64,000 bases of DNA, taken from assembly GCA_963840895.1 (NCBI GenBank), contig CAWJAR010000014.1, positions 2,306 to 66,305 of the forward strand, in the 5' to 3' direction. Shown one piece after another: positions 55,509 through 64,000 of this stretch. Position numbers and translations under genes: made by a program. How positions within the stretch are numbered: the first letter of the stretch is position 1; each line of letters opens with the position of its first letter. This stretch comes from an uncultured Acidobacteriaceae bacterium. GTDB taxonomy: Bacteria; Acidobacteriota; Terriglobia; Terriglobales; Acidobacteriaceae. The notes under the pieces are model-generated. The model made no database searches. It worked only from the letters and a program-made list of their open reading frames with translations, and was not told the origin of the DNA.

Positions 55509-56837
55509 ATGAAAAAGATTCTGCTTACGGTTGTGCTTGGGGTAGCAGCGAGCGCGGTGGCACAGAGCACTGCGGCGCCCGCTCAGGGACAACCGGCCAC
55601 GCCGCCGGCACAAGGCCAAGCGGCTGCGCCCGCGGGTCAAGCTGCGGCGCCGGTGATCAAAGATCCGGCCGAGTACAACGCGTACGTCGGCGCGATCCAG
55701 CAGTCCGATGCCAACGCGAAGATTAGCGGCCTCGAAGCCTTTATCACCCAGTATCCCAACAGCGTCATGAAGAACCAGGCGCTCGAAATTCTGATGGGCA
55801 CTTACCAGCAGGCAGGCAATGCGAAGAAGACGATGGACACCGCCACCAAGCTGGTCACAGCGGATACGTGCAACGTGCGGGCCCTGGCGCTACTGGCGTA
55901 CTTTGACCGCGTGATGGCGCAAGGCGGAGATCCGAACGCAACGCAACTCCTCGCCGATGGCAAGAAATATGGTCAGCAGGGGCTCGACTGCCTGCCCAAG
56001 TTCAACAAGCCCGACGGCACCTCGGACGCAGACTTTCAAAAGACCAAAGACCAGATGACCGGCATTTTCCACGCTGCGATCGGCATCGCATGCCTTCAGG
56101 GCAAAGACAATGCCTGCGCGGTTACGAACCTGAAGCCGGCCGTGGACGCCAGCCCCGATACCCAGAAGGATTTCAGCCTGGTGTATCCGCTGGCCCTGGC
56201 TTACCTGGGACAGACACCCCCGGATTCTCAGAACGGCATTTGGTATGCGGCGCGGGCCGCCGCGGTGGCTCCTCCCGCAGCCCAGGCGCAGATTGAAAAG
56301 TACGCGCGCTCGCAATACATCAAGTTCCATGCTGGAGATGACGGCTGGGCTGAGTTGCTGGCCGCAGCCAAAGCCAATGGCCCGCAAGTGGCCATCAAGC
56401 CCGCTCCTTCCCCGGCCGACCAGGTTCATGCCATGGTGACCACCAAGAAGCCGGAAGAGATGAACTTTGCCGAATGGCAGTTTGTGTTCACCAATGGCTC
56501 GCAAGAGGATCAGGACTTGGTCTGGAACTCCATCAAGGGCAAGGCCGTGCAGATGAATGGCACCATTATCGGCACGACCCCGACCGAATTCTCGATCGCC
56601 GGCAGTTCCGACGACATCGACGCGAAGAAGGCCGACATTACCTTGAAGTTCGAAGACAAGGTTCCAGTCCGGCTGATTCCCAAGGATGGCGCCAGCTTTG
56701 ACTTCCAGGGCGAGCCGGCGTCGTACACGCCGAATCCGTTCATGATGGTGATGGAGAAAGGTCAGCTGCTGAAGGCCAAGGCAGCGCCCACCACCACGAA
56801 GAAGCCTCCTGTACACCACAAGCCGGCCGCGCAGTAG
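55509..56837 (+). CDS. secreted hypothetical protein (TPR-like N-terminal half)
   Basis: Signal peptide MKKILLTVVLGVAASAVAQS followed by an Ala/Pro/Gln-rich linker. AAGGAG lies upstream of ATG 55509. Confidence 0.55.
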   Translation: MKKILLTVVLGVAASAVAQSTAAPAQGQPATPPAQGQAAAPAGQAAAPVIKDPAEYNAYVGAIQQSDANAKISGLEAFITQYPNSVMKNQALEILMGTYQQAGNAKKTMDTATKLVTADTCNVRALALLAYFDRVMAQGGDPNATQLLADGKKYGQQGLDCLPKFNKPDGTSDADFQKTKDQMTGIFHAAIGIACLQGKDNACAVTNLKPAVDASPDTQKDFSLVYPLALAYLGQTPPDSQNGIWYAARAAAVAPPAAQAQIEKYARSQYIKFHAGDDGWAELLAAAKANGPQVAIKPAPSPADQVHAMVTTKKPEEMNFAEWQFVFTNGSQEDQDLVWNSIKGKAVQMNGTIIGTTPTEFSIAGSSDDIDAKKADITLKFEDKVPVRLIPKDGASFDFQGEPASYTPNPFMMVMEKGQLLKAKAAPTTTKKPPVHHKPAAQ

Positions 56838-56861
56838 CGGACGGTTTCAAGCAATCTAAAA

Positions 56862-56890
56862 GGCAGCCTGCGAGGGCTGCCTTTTCCTTT
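56862..56890 (+). terminator. rho-independent terminator
   Basis: ggcagcc-tgcgag-ggctgcc followed by TTTTCCTTT. Confidence 0.75.
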
Positions 56891-57357
56891 GTGCGGTGAA
56901 GTCTTCAGAGCGAATGCAGGCTCGCCTTCGAACGGTATTCGGAAATATTCATGCTTGCGCCCGTTCGATAGATGGTCTCGACAGCTTCGAGAAGTGAACA
57001 TGCTCGGGAGAAACAACCATCTCGACCGGAATCGACAGTGGATCAACCTGTACAGCGTGTGGATACGGGCCTTCTCCTGGAAGGCCATTACACTCAGAAT
57101 CCCTCGTCCAGGCATTTTGAGTGCAATCGCGATATTGCAGCAACCATCAGGCAAACTGGCAGCTAATTTCGGGTTATTTGCCCCTGATTGGAAATGTGCG
57201 AACGATCAGGCCGATATCAGTTTCAGACAGGCAAGTCGGAAGCTTGCATATATTTCAAATATTGAGCAATTCAGGACAGAATTGCAGTTCTTTCAGGCCT
57301 AGAGTCGGGCCTCAGACTCACTCACCCTATCGTCACTCGATACAACTCAGGAGGCAT

Positions 57358-58350
57358 ATGCATACTCTGGAATCACTCAGCTGTTTAAGGAAATCCCGCT
57401 GCTTGTTGGTCGCCTCGCTCGTTTTGCTTCCCCAGCTTCTGTTCGCTCAATGGACCGCCAGCGTAGGCGCCGAAAGCGGCGATCAGGGACGTCAGGTGTT
57501 AGCCTTTCTGCCTAACGAAATTTGGATCCATGTCGGCGACAGCATCACGTGGAAGCTGGTCACCAAAATCGAACCCCACACCGTCACCTTCCTGATAGCG
57601 AACCAGATCCGCAATCCCTTCAACGTCGGTTGCCCAGGATACACGCCCGACAACTCGCCCTTCGATGACACGGCGTGCGTGTCGTCTCCACCCATGGTGA
57701 ACGGTCAGACCTTCACCGTGATTTTTCCCGCAACCGGTAATTTCAAGCTGTCCTGCTTGTTCCATGAAAACATGCAGGGCACCGTGCACGTTCTGGATCT
57801 GGCAGAAAAGCTCCCTCACGACCAAGCGTTCTATGACGATCAGGCGAAGAGGGATAGCAAGGCAATGCTGAACGACATGCTGCAGGACATGGGCAAGGAC
57901 TCACACGGCAAGCACCAGTCCGCTAACGCCGTGATGGTCGGGCTGGGAGAAGTCGTAGCGACCGGTGGCGGAACGCGTACCCTTTCGGTCGTGCGATTTA
58001 TGCAGGATAAAGTGACGATCCACAAAGGCGACACCGTGGAATGGACGAGCGGCGATGTCATCACTCCCCACACCATCACCTTTGGAACAGAGCCGGTAGA
58101 CCTGATCGACCCATCGGCAAATGTCACCGTCGATACGGACGGCGCTCGCCATGGCGTGATCAATTCGACCTCCGATAGCATGCACTCTGGCTTCATCCAG
58201 GCTGCACCGCAAGATCGGATTGGCCTCGCCCAGGCACCGCTCGGGGTCACACGCTTTCGTGTGACATTCTCCAATCCCGGAACCTATTCGTACATCTGCG
58301 CTCTTCACGACGGTTCCGGTATGACGGGAAGTGTGATCGTTCTTCCCTGA
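57358..58350 (+). CDS. secreted two-domain cupredoxin (plastocyanin/azurin-like blue copper protein)
   Basis: Two type-1 Cu ligand sets: PHTVTF...CLFHENM and PHTITF...CALHDGSGM. Signal peptide present. AGGAGG lies before ATG 57358. Confidence 0.75.
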   Translation: MHTLESLSCLRKSRCLLVASLVLLPQLLFAQWTASVGAESGDQGRQVLAFLPNEIWIHVGDSITWKLVTKIEPHTVTFLIANQIRNPFNVGCPGYTPDNSPFDDTACVSSPPMVNGQTFTVIFPATGNFKLSCLFHENMQGTVHVLDLAEKLPHDQAFYDDQAKRDSKAMLNDMLQDMGKDSHGKHQSANAVMVGLGEVVATGGGTRTLSVVRFMQDKVTIHKGDTVEWTSGDVITPHTITFGTEPVDLIDPSANVTVDTDGARHGVINSTSDSMHSGFIQAAPQDRIGLAQAPLGVTRFRVTFSNPGTYSYICALHDGSGMTGSVIVLP

Positions 58351-58384
58351 GTGACAATTGACGGAGCGCGACCATCACACTTAG

Positions 58385-58415
58385 GGGCTGCGTCGCAAAA
58401 CGCAGCCCTTATCTT
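58385..58415 (+). terminator. rho-independent terminator
   Basis: gggctgcg-tcgcaaaa-cgcagccc followed by TTATCTT. Confidence 0.7.
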
Positions 58416-58666
58416 GCGCCATCCTCAGGATGACAAGATGGACAATCTCCGGTCTAATCCACGTATGCCGCTCTCCCGCGCCGGATAGGCCCTCCGCAGT
58501 GAGCGGCTGTTCACATGACTTCCCTGAAAAATCGAGGCAGAAGTGTGCAAACCTTCGAAACGGGAGTCCTGCCCACCGCTCGCTATCGGCCATAACTGTC
58601 GAAACCAGCCATTTCGCTCATTGAGGGGGTTTTGAGTGCAAATCGAGATTATCGACAACTGGCAAG

Positions 58667-59187
58667 TCACTCGAGTCCCTCGGTAGTCGTATGGAAGGTG
58701 TAGATACGCGTATACGCCCATGCTCCGGCCACCTGGTGCAGCATGAACACCGTTCCGCAGCCTGACGAGAAACCGCAATTGAGATTTCCACCAAGATAGG
58801 TAGTGCCAAACAAGCCGCCAGCAGAATCTTGCAGCAGCGTTGATTGGCCCTGGTTACCGGTGGAATCGAAGTCATGCAAGTCCTGTTCGGTGACTTGGGC
58901 GCAAATGTTTGAAGAGAAGAGTAATGTCATCGCCAGCAGAATGACGAGTTACGGCAGAACTCGGCGGAATTTGGACACACGGTACCTCCATGGTGATTGT
59001 GTGACGAAGGGGAGGAACAATCCCACGGGAGTATAGCATAGTGGGAGAAGTAGCGGACAATTGATGAACCGCTGGGCGTCGTCACGGTGATGAAGCCAGT
59101 GGTCGCGCCGGAGGGAACCTTCGCTGTTAGATAGGTGTCGGCAACGACAGTGAAAGTTGTAGCTGTCTCCGGCGGCTTCGGCGTCAA
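58667..59187 (-). pseudogene. remnants of secreted repeat-protein genes (IPT/TIG-like C-terminal fragment + one GloVer-like repeat)
   Basis: ORF 58927-59187 reads FTVVADTYLTAKVPSGATTGFITVTTPSG and then degenerates. ORF 58667-58930 reads ...LHDFDSTGNQGQ...GGLFGTTYLGG...GCGTVFML and stops after one repeat. The pieces are in different frames, and there is an in-frame stop just upstream of a truncated signal peptide. Confidence 0.3.
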
Positions 59188-59252
59188 GCGCCGCGGCCTA
59201 CTGACTCTGTTGGTAGCTCTTTTCGCCGATTCGCGGCCTAAATGAGAATCAC

Positions 59253-59531
59253 CTAGCGGACGATCTTCTTTTCCAGAGTGACGGAGCGGGTGCTGCGCGG
59301 TGGGCGTTTGACGCCGTCGCGGAGTTGGCGGACATCAATTTTCAATTCGGTGATCGTACGGCTGAGGGTGTTGCGGTGCATGCCCAGTTCGCGGGCGGCG
59401 CGGCATTGGTTGCCCTTGTTTTCCTGCAGGACGGTCAGGATGAAACGCTTCTTGAACTCACGCACGCCTTCGGAATAAAGAATGTTGCTGCGGTACATTT
59501 GCAGGATAAGTGCTTCCAGTTGATCTTTCAC
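59253..59531 (-). CDS. Fis-family helix-turn-helix DNA-binding protein
   Basis: C-terminal HTH: GNQCRAARELGMHRNTLSRTITEL. Confidence 0.75.
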   Translation of the reverse strand: MKDQLEALILQMYRSNILYSEGVREFKKRFILTVLQENKGNQCRAARELGMHRNTLSRTITELKIDVRQLRDGVKRPPRSTRSVTLEKKIVR

Positions 59532-59572
59532 GGATCTCTCTCTTTAGAATGAATTTTTCACTGCACCGCAGC

Positions 59573-60121
59573 CTATTTCGGCGGGGAAGCAGGGGAGCCG
59601 GTTAACTTTTGAGGAGCCTGATGCAGCAGATCGAGACCTTGAAAGAAACGGGCACGCAACTCCGGCGGCGCCAGCCAGATCGCTGCCCGGCCCACTACCA
59701 GAAAGTAGGGAGCCAGTTGCGAATTCTCCAGCAGCTTCGACGTGGGAGTGAATGCCGTCATACCCATCAAGATCACCGCTACCATCAAACCGCCCTTTAG
59801 CAGCCCCAAGATTGCGCCAAGGAAACGGTCAATACCACTGAGACCGGAATGCTTCATCACCCAGCGGGCCAACCTGGCGGCGAGGCCGAACAGGAGCACG
59901 ATGGCAAAGAAAATGACGAGGAAACCGAGTATCTCAGCTAACCACGCATTCTTCAAAAACGATTCCATCCACCGCGCGACGCCGCGATACTGCCATGCCG
60001 CCACGATATAGCCGACCACCAGCCCCGCCATGGTCAGAGCCTCGGAAAAAAAGCCCTGCATGGCCGCGGCCACCACGTTCAGAAGTACTAACCCACAAAT
60101 AAGCCAGTCCGCGGGAGTCAT
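59573..60121 (-). CDS. cvpA: CvpA-family membrane protein
   Basis: About 4 TM helices. The N-terminus DWLICGLVLLNVVAAAMQGFFSE is typical of CvpA. Confidence 0.75.
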   Translation of the reverse strand: MTPADWLICGLVLLNVVAAAMQGFFSEALTMAGLVVGYIVAAWQYRGVARWMESFLKNAWLAEILGFLVIFFAIVLLFGLAARLARWVMKHSGLSGIDRFLGAILGLLKGGLMVAVILMGMTAFTPTSKLLENSQLAPYFLVVGRAAIWLAPPELRARFFQGLDLLHQAPQKLTGSPASPPK

Positions 60122-60160
60122 AGCGGGTACCCGTGGACTTGTGTTGCACCAGACGTGCGA

Positions 60161-61072
60161 TTAGACATCCAGCTTGTGTCCCGTGAGCTGGAAATACGCC
60201 TCGAGATACTTTTCGCTGGTGCGCAGCGCCACGTCGGCCGGCAAGGCCGGGGCGGGCGGCTGCTTGTTCCAGTGAATTTGTTCGAGGTAGTCGCGAACAT
60301 ACTGCTTGTCGTACGAATCCTGCGGCCGTCCCGGAGCGTACTTGTCGGCGGGCCAGAAGCGGGAAGAATCGGGAGTGAGGACTTCGTCGGCGAGGGTGAT
60401 GCCCTTAGCGGTGCGTCCAAACTCAAACTTGGTGTCGGCGATGATGATGCCGCGCTGGCGAGCGTAGGCCGCGGCCTTCTTGTACACACGCAGCGTGAGA
60501 TCGCGAAGATGGCTGGCCGTCTCGACGCCTACCAGCTCGCACATCTGATCGAAGGAAATGTTTTCGTCGTGCCCGGTAGTGGCCTTGGTCGAGGGCGTGA
60601 AGATAGGCTCGGGAAATGCTTCGGATTCTTTCAGCCCCGCCGGTAGCTGGATGCCGCATACCTTCCCCGACGCCTTATATTCCTTCCAGGCTGAGCCTGA
60701 GATGTATCCGCGCACCACGCACTCGACAGGGAACATCTCGGCGCGGCGTACCAGCATCGAGCGTCCGCGAAGCTGGTCGGCATACTTGCGAATCTCGCCG
60801 GGGTATTGCTCGACATCGGCGGTGATCAGGTGGTTCGGCACGATGTCGGCAAGATAGTCGAACCAGAACAGAGAAATCTGATTGAGGACTCGCCCCTTGT
60901 GTGGGATGCCCGTCGCCAGAATGTAGTCGAAAGCGGAGATGCGGTCGGTGGCAACGAAGAGCAGCTGCTGGTCGCCGACGGTGTAGACGTCACGGACCTT
61001 GCCGCTGGCATGAAGGTGGAGTTCGGGAAAATCGGTTTGCAGGAGAACGGTATCGAGAAGTTCGGGGCTCAT
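60161..61072 (-). CDS. purC: phosphoribosylaminoimidazole-succinocarboxamide synthase (long form)
   Basis: SGKVRDVY...LLFVATDRISAFD...IPHKG..L..., ADTKFEFG, LTPDSSRFW. Confidence 0.95.
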   Translation of the reverse strand: MSPELLDTVLLQTDFPELHLHASGKVRDVYTVGDQQLLFVATDRISAFDYILATGIPHKGRVLNQISLFWFDYLADIVPNHLITADVEQYPGEIRKYADQLRGRSMLVRRAEMFPVECVVRGYISGSAWKEYKASGKVCGIQLPAGLKESEAFPEPIFTPSTKATTGHDENISFDQMCELVGVETASHLRDLTLRVYKKAAAYARQRGIIIADTKFEFGRTAKGITLADEVLTPDSSRFWPADKYAPGRPQDSYDKQYVRDYLEQIHWNKQPPAPALPADVALRTSEKYLEAYFQLTGHKLDV

Positions 61073-61103
61073 GATGAAATTTTACAGGTAAGGAGCGAGG
61101 CGT

Positions 61104-61131
61104 ATTCTAGCTGGTCCGAAAAAAATGTCAA
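61104..61131 (-). promoter_or_regulatory. candidate sigma70-type promoter of purC
   Basis: On the minus strand: TTGACA (61131-61126), 16 nt, TAGAAT (61109-61104), about 30 nt upstream of the ATG. Confidence 0.45.
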
Positions 61132-61307
61132 CGATTCTGATCACACTTCCGAGTCGCAGGCGTCTGGGCGGGTAGACGAAAAGTATTGACAGGAAAGCGA
61201 ATGCCCGAAATTCCATACCCAGCAAGGGCCCTGGGCGAAGGAAGTTGTGGAAAAGCTGAGGATAGAAGTGGATATCGTGGACGAAAATGAACTTGCTCCC
61301 TCGGGTT

Positions 61308-61344
61308 GCCCCATCCTTGTCGCGTTCTTTGCGACAGGGTGGGG
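61308..61344. repeat. REP-like hairpin element, copy 1
   Basis: gccccatccttgtcg-cgttctt-tgcgacagggtgggg, an imperfect palindrome. Confidence 0.6.
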
Positions 61345-61386
61345 ATTTTGATCTTGCCCGTCCGCACACTGCCAGAAGTCAAGTGT

Positions 61387-61422
61387 CCCACCCTGTCGCA
61401 AAAACTACGACAAGGATGGGGC
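61387..61422. repeat. REP-like hairpin element, copy 2 (inverted)
   Basis: Its reverse complement, gccccatccttgtcg-tagtttt-tgcgacagggtggg, matches both arms of copy 1. Confidence 0.6.
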
Positions 61423-61441
61423 GCCCTACCGTTGAACGGGG

Positions 61442-64000
61442 CTACGCCGGCGCTCCGAAGCGTACCGATACCAGCTTCGAGACGCCCGGCTCCTGCATGG
61501 TCACGCCATACAGTACCGGTGCGATGCTCATGGTCTTCTTGCTATGCGTGATCAGCACGAATTGCGTCTGCACGCTCATTTCTTTGACGAGTTCCGTAAA
61601 GCGGCCGATGTTGGCTTCGTCGAGTGGGGCGTCAACTTCGTCGAGGATGCAGAACGGGCTGGGCGCGTACTGGAAGATGCCGACCAGCAGGGCCAGCGCG
61701 GTCAGGGCTTTTTCTCCACCGGAGAGCAGAAGCACGCTCTGCAGTCGCTTGCCCGGAGGCGAGGCGACGACGTCGATTCCGCTCTCGGCGCTGTTTTCTT
61801 CGTCGGTCAACTTCATGAAAGCATGACCGCCGCCGAAGAGCTTCTTGAATGTGGCCTGGAAGTTCTCGTTGATCTTCGCGAAGGCCTCTTCGAACTTCTG
61901 CCGCGAGATTTGATCGATCTCCTTGATCGTGGCCGTCGTGTTTTCGATCGACGAAATCAGGTCCTTGCGCTGGGTTTCGAGGAACTCGTGGCGCTCGGCC
62001 GTCTCTTTGTACTCTTCGAGAGCCATCATGTTGACCGGGCCCATGGCTTCGAGTTTCGACCGCATATCGCGATAGAGCTGATCTTCCGCTGCAAGCTGCT
62101 CACCGGTTACCGGCACGAGCGTGGTGTCGGCCACTAGCGCCGACCGTTCGACCCCAAGTTCGTTGATGCAGGTTTCCGACATATATTGCGCGTCGGATTG
62201 CAAGCTTGGCGGCGGTCGCCGACAGTTCGCCTCGGCGGTCGCGAGCCTGATCGAGCAGCAGGCGGCTGTTGCGCAGCAGTTCGTCGATCTCTGTCAGGCG
62301 TGCGCGGAGCTGTTCGGTCTCAAATTGCAGCAGACCTTCGCGCGCTTGGGCAGCGTTGCGTTCCGATTCGAGGTCGGTGGCTTGCTGCGCCAGTTGCTCG
62401 TTCTCGGCCTCGCGCTGCAACTTTTCGACGGCGGCGCCTTCGATTTGCGAGGCCAGCGCGTGCACGCGTTCTCCCATTTCGGCGAAGAGCGATTCGATGC
62501 GCTGCAGCACTCCAGCTGCCGAACGGTGGCGCTCTGCGAGAGTGGCTACGCGGGCAGCATGTTCCGAACTCGTCTGGGCAGCTTCTTCACGGCGTTGACG
62601 GAGTGCCGTCAGCGACTCCTGCGCGGCCACGATTTGCTGTTCGAGTCCGGCGCGTTGAATCTTCGAGGACTTCGATGTCCGACTGGCGAGCGCAGAGAAT
62701 GCCTTCCTGCTCGGCCCGTTCCGCTGCCAGTCGCTGCAGTTCGAGCTGGCACACATTTAGCCGTTCGCCGACGCGCGTCATCTCGGAATCGAGTTGTTGC
62801 AGCATGTGGCCCGATGTCATAGCCTGCAGTTCGGCCTCGCGCTTTTCGCCATCGAGGCGATCCAGCAGGGAACTGAGCTCTTTGATCTCGCGGCCAAGTG
62901 TTAGTACGCGCATTTCTTCATCACGCAAGGCACGCTCGAGTTCTTCCAGCTGACGCAAGACGTCGCGCAACTCGCGCTTCATCGAGAGCGGGCCTTCGGC
63001 GCGCTGTTTGCCCCCAGTCACCGTCACGTTGTGAAAGCATTCGCCGCCCTGCGAGAGGAAGAAGGCGTCGGGATTCTCCAGTGCCAGGCCGCGTGCGACG
63101 TCAGACTCAGGAACGATGTAGCCGTCGCGTAGTTTGGGCAGAATTACTTCCAGCGACTTGCCAAAACCGTCCAGCACGCGGATCGTGTTCTTCAGCGGGA
63201 CGATTTGAGCGGCGGGCGGCGCACAGTGCGCAGCCTCATCCAGCACAAAAGAAAACTTGGCTTGCGAGTCTTCCGGATGCACGAGGAAGGTCGCGCGGCC
63301 ATCCACGCCGGTGCGCAACATGCGCAGCCCTTCGTCGGCAGCGTCCCAGGATTTCACCACGACGTAGTTCAATTCATCGCGCAGGAAGTCTTCGACCACG
63401 CGCTCGTACCGCGGTTCCACTTCGAGGAAGTCGGCAAGCACGCCCACGGGCGCGAGCCCTCCGTTCATGACCCCGGATTGAAACAGCCGACGCACCGATT
63501 CGGTCGAATATCCATGTTCGGCGATGACGGCTTCGAGCGAACCTTTCTTGCCCAACGCAGTGGCGTACTCCGCGCGCAGAACGTCGAGGTTGGTCTTCGA
63601 GCGAGTCTCCTCCACCTTTTTCTGCTCGATCAGTCGGCGCAGTTGGCTGATTTCTTCAGTGATCCCACTGACGCGCTGGCGGACAGTTTCAAATTCAAGC
63701 GTCAAGTTGGCCGCGTTGTCCGCCGAAGGCTTCCACCTGTGTAGTGGCGCTGGCGATCTCAGCTTCCAGACGGCGAGCTTCGCGGTCCGCGCCAGCCAGA
63801 CGCTCCTCGGCCTGTGCGAGTTGGTTACGTAGACGCGATGCTGACGACACAGTATCGAAGATGGCGACGCGCGATTCCTCCTGCTGGCGTTCGATTTCCG
63901 CGAGGCTCGCGGTTGCAGCGACAGCCTCTTGCTGGCAGAGCACTAGATCGCTCTGCGCGGCGGCTAGATCGGCGGCAGCAGATTCGAGAATCTGGCGATT
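61442..64000 (-). pseudogene. smc: chromosome segregation protein SMC, 5' end beyond the window, reading frame broken three times
   Basis: C-terminal head with LSGGEKALTALALL and ILDEVDAPLD. Hinge GVLADFLEVEPRYERVVEDFL.... Coiled-coil segments. The pieces lie in four consecutive ORFs (63695-64000+, 62587-63705, 62100-62756, 61442-62203) in frames 1, 0, 2, 1 (coordinate mod 3). Confidence 0.85.

Noticed and set aside
61073-61300. Purine/ZTP-type riboswitch upstream of purC.
   Set aside because: Reading the minus strand, I could not find the conserved ZTP (pfl) or purine-riboswitch core sequences. The predicted leader from the candidate promoter is only about 25-30 nt.

Overview
GC-rich bacterial chromosomal segment. 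The gene content suggests Acidobacteriota/Terriglobia: an ADOP-type duplicated FtsX permease, NHL and GloVer-like secreted repeat proteins, and a CIRCE-controlled groESL. This taxonomic call is an inference, since no searches were possible. All calls rest on reading the ORF translations and DNA for known motifs, and domain borders are approximate (about +/-30 aa).

(1) 1-7.2 kb holds an integrative-element module: a zinc-finger protein, a DnaB-N-like protein, a P4/D5-type primase-NTPase, an excisionase-like HTH protein and a tyrosine integrase. It abuts tRNA-Arg(CCT). A 19-nt copy of the tRNA 3' end lies 940 bp downstream.

(2) 8.2-28.9 kb is the most interesting part. It is a tightly packed, co-directional, operon-like block of seven genes:
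- a membrane FeS oxidoreductase (EtfAB:quinone oxidoreductase-like)
- EtfB
- EtfA
- an acyl-CoA dehydrogenase with a C-terminal extension
- a 2855-aa PfaA-like megasynthase with the non-canonical order KS-AT-KS-ACPx3-KR-DH
- a 1863-aa single-chain BC-BCCP-central-CT carboxylase
- an Sfp-type PPTase

The megasynthase has no ER, TE or CLF. All three of its carrier domains carry Thr at the canonical phosphopantetheinyl-Ser position.

(3) 28.9-64 kb is mostly ordinary accessory and housekeeping genes:
- a giant NHL/Ig-like secreted protein, a lytic transglycosylase and a Cof-type HAD hydrolase
- an esterase, an Asp/Glu racemase and an ADOP permease
- groES-groEL with a sigma70-like promoter and CIRCE
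- a cytochrome c, a 2-hydroxyacid dehydrogenase, an aminotransferase, an MBL hydrolase and an SDR
- a two-domain cupredoxin, a Fis-like regulator, cvpA and purC
- an smc gene that runs off the window and is broken by three same-direction frameshifts

Other oddities are 7-nt periodic GCTNNNN repeats flanking groEL and filling the groES-groEL spacer, an inverted pair of REP-like hairpin elements, and several gene remnants. No CRISPR array or rRNA was seen.
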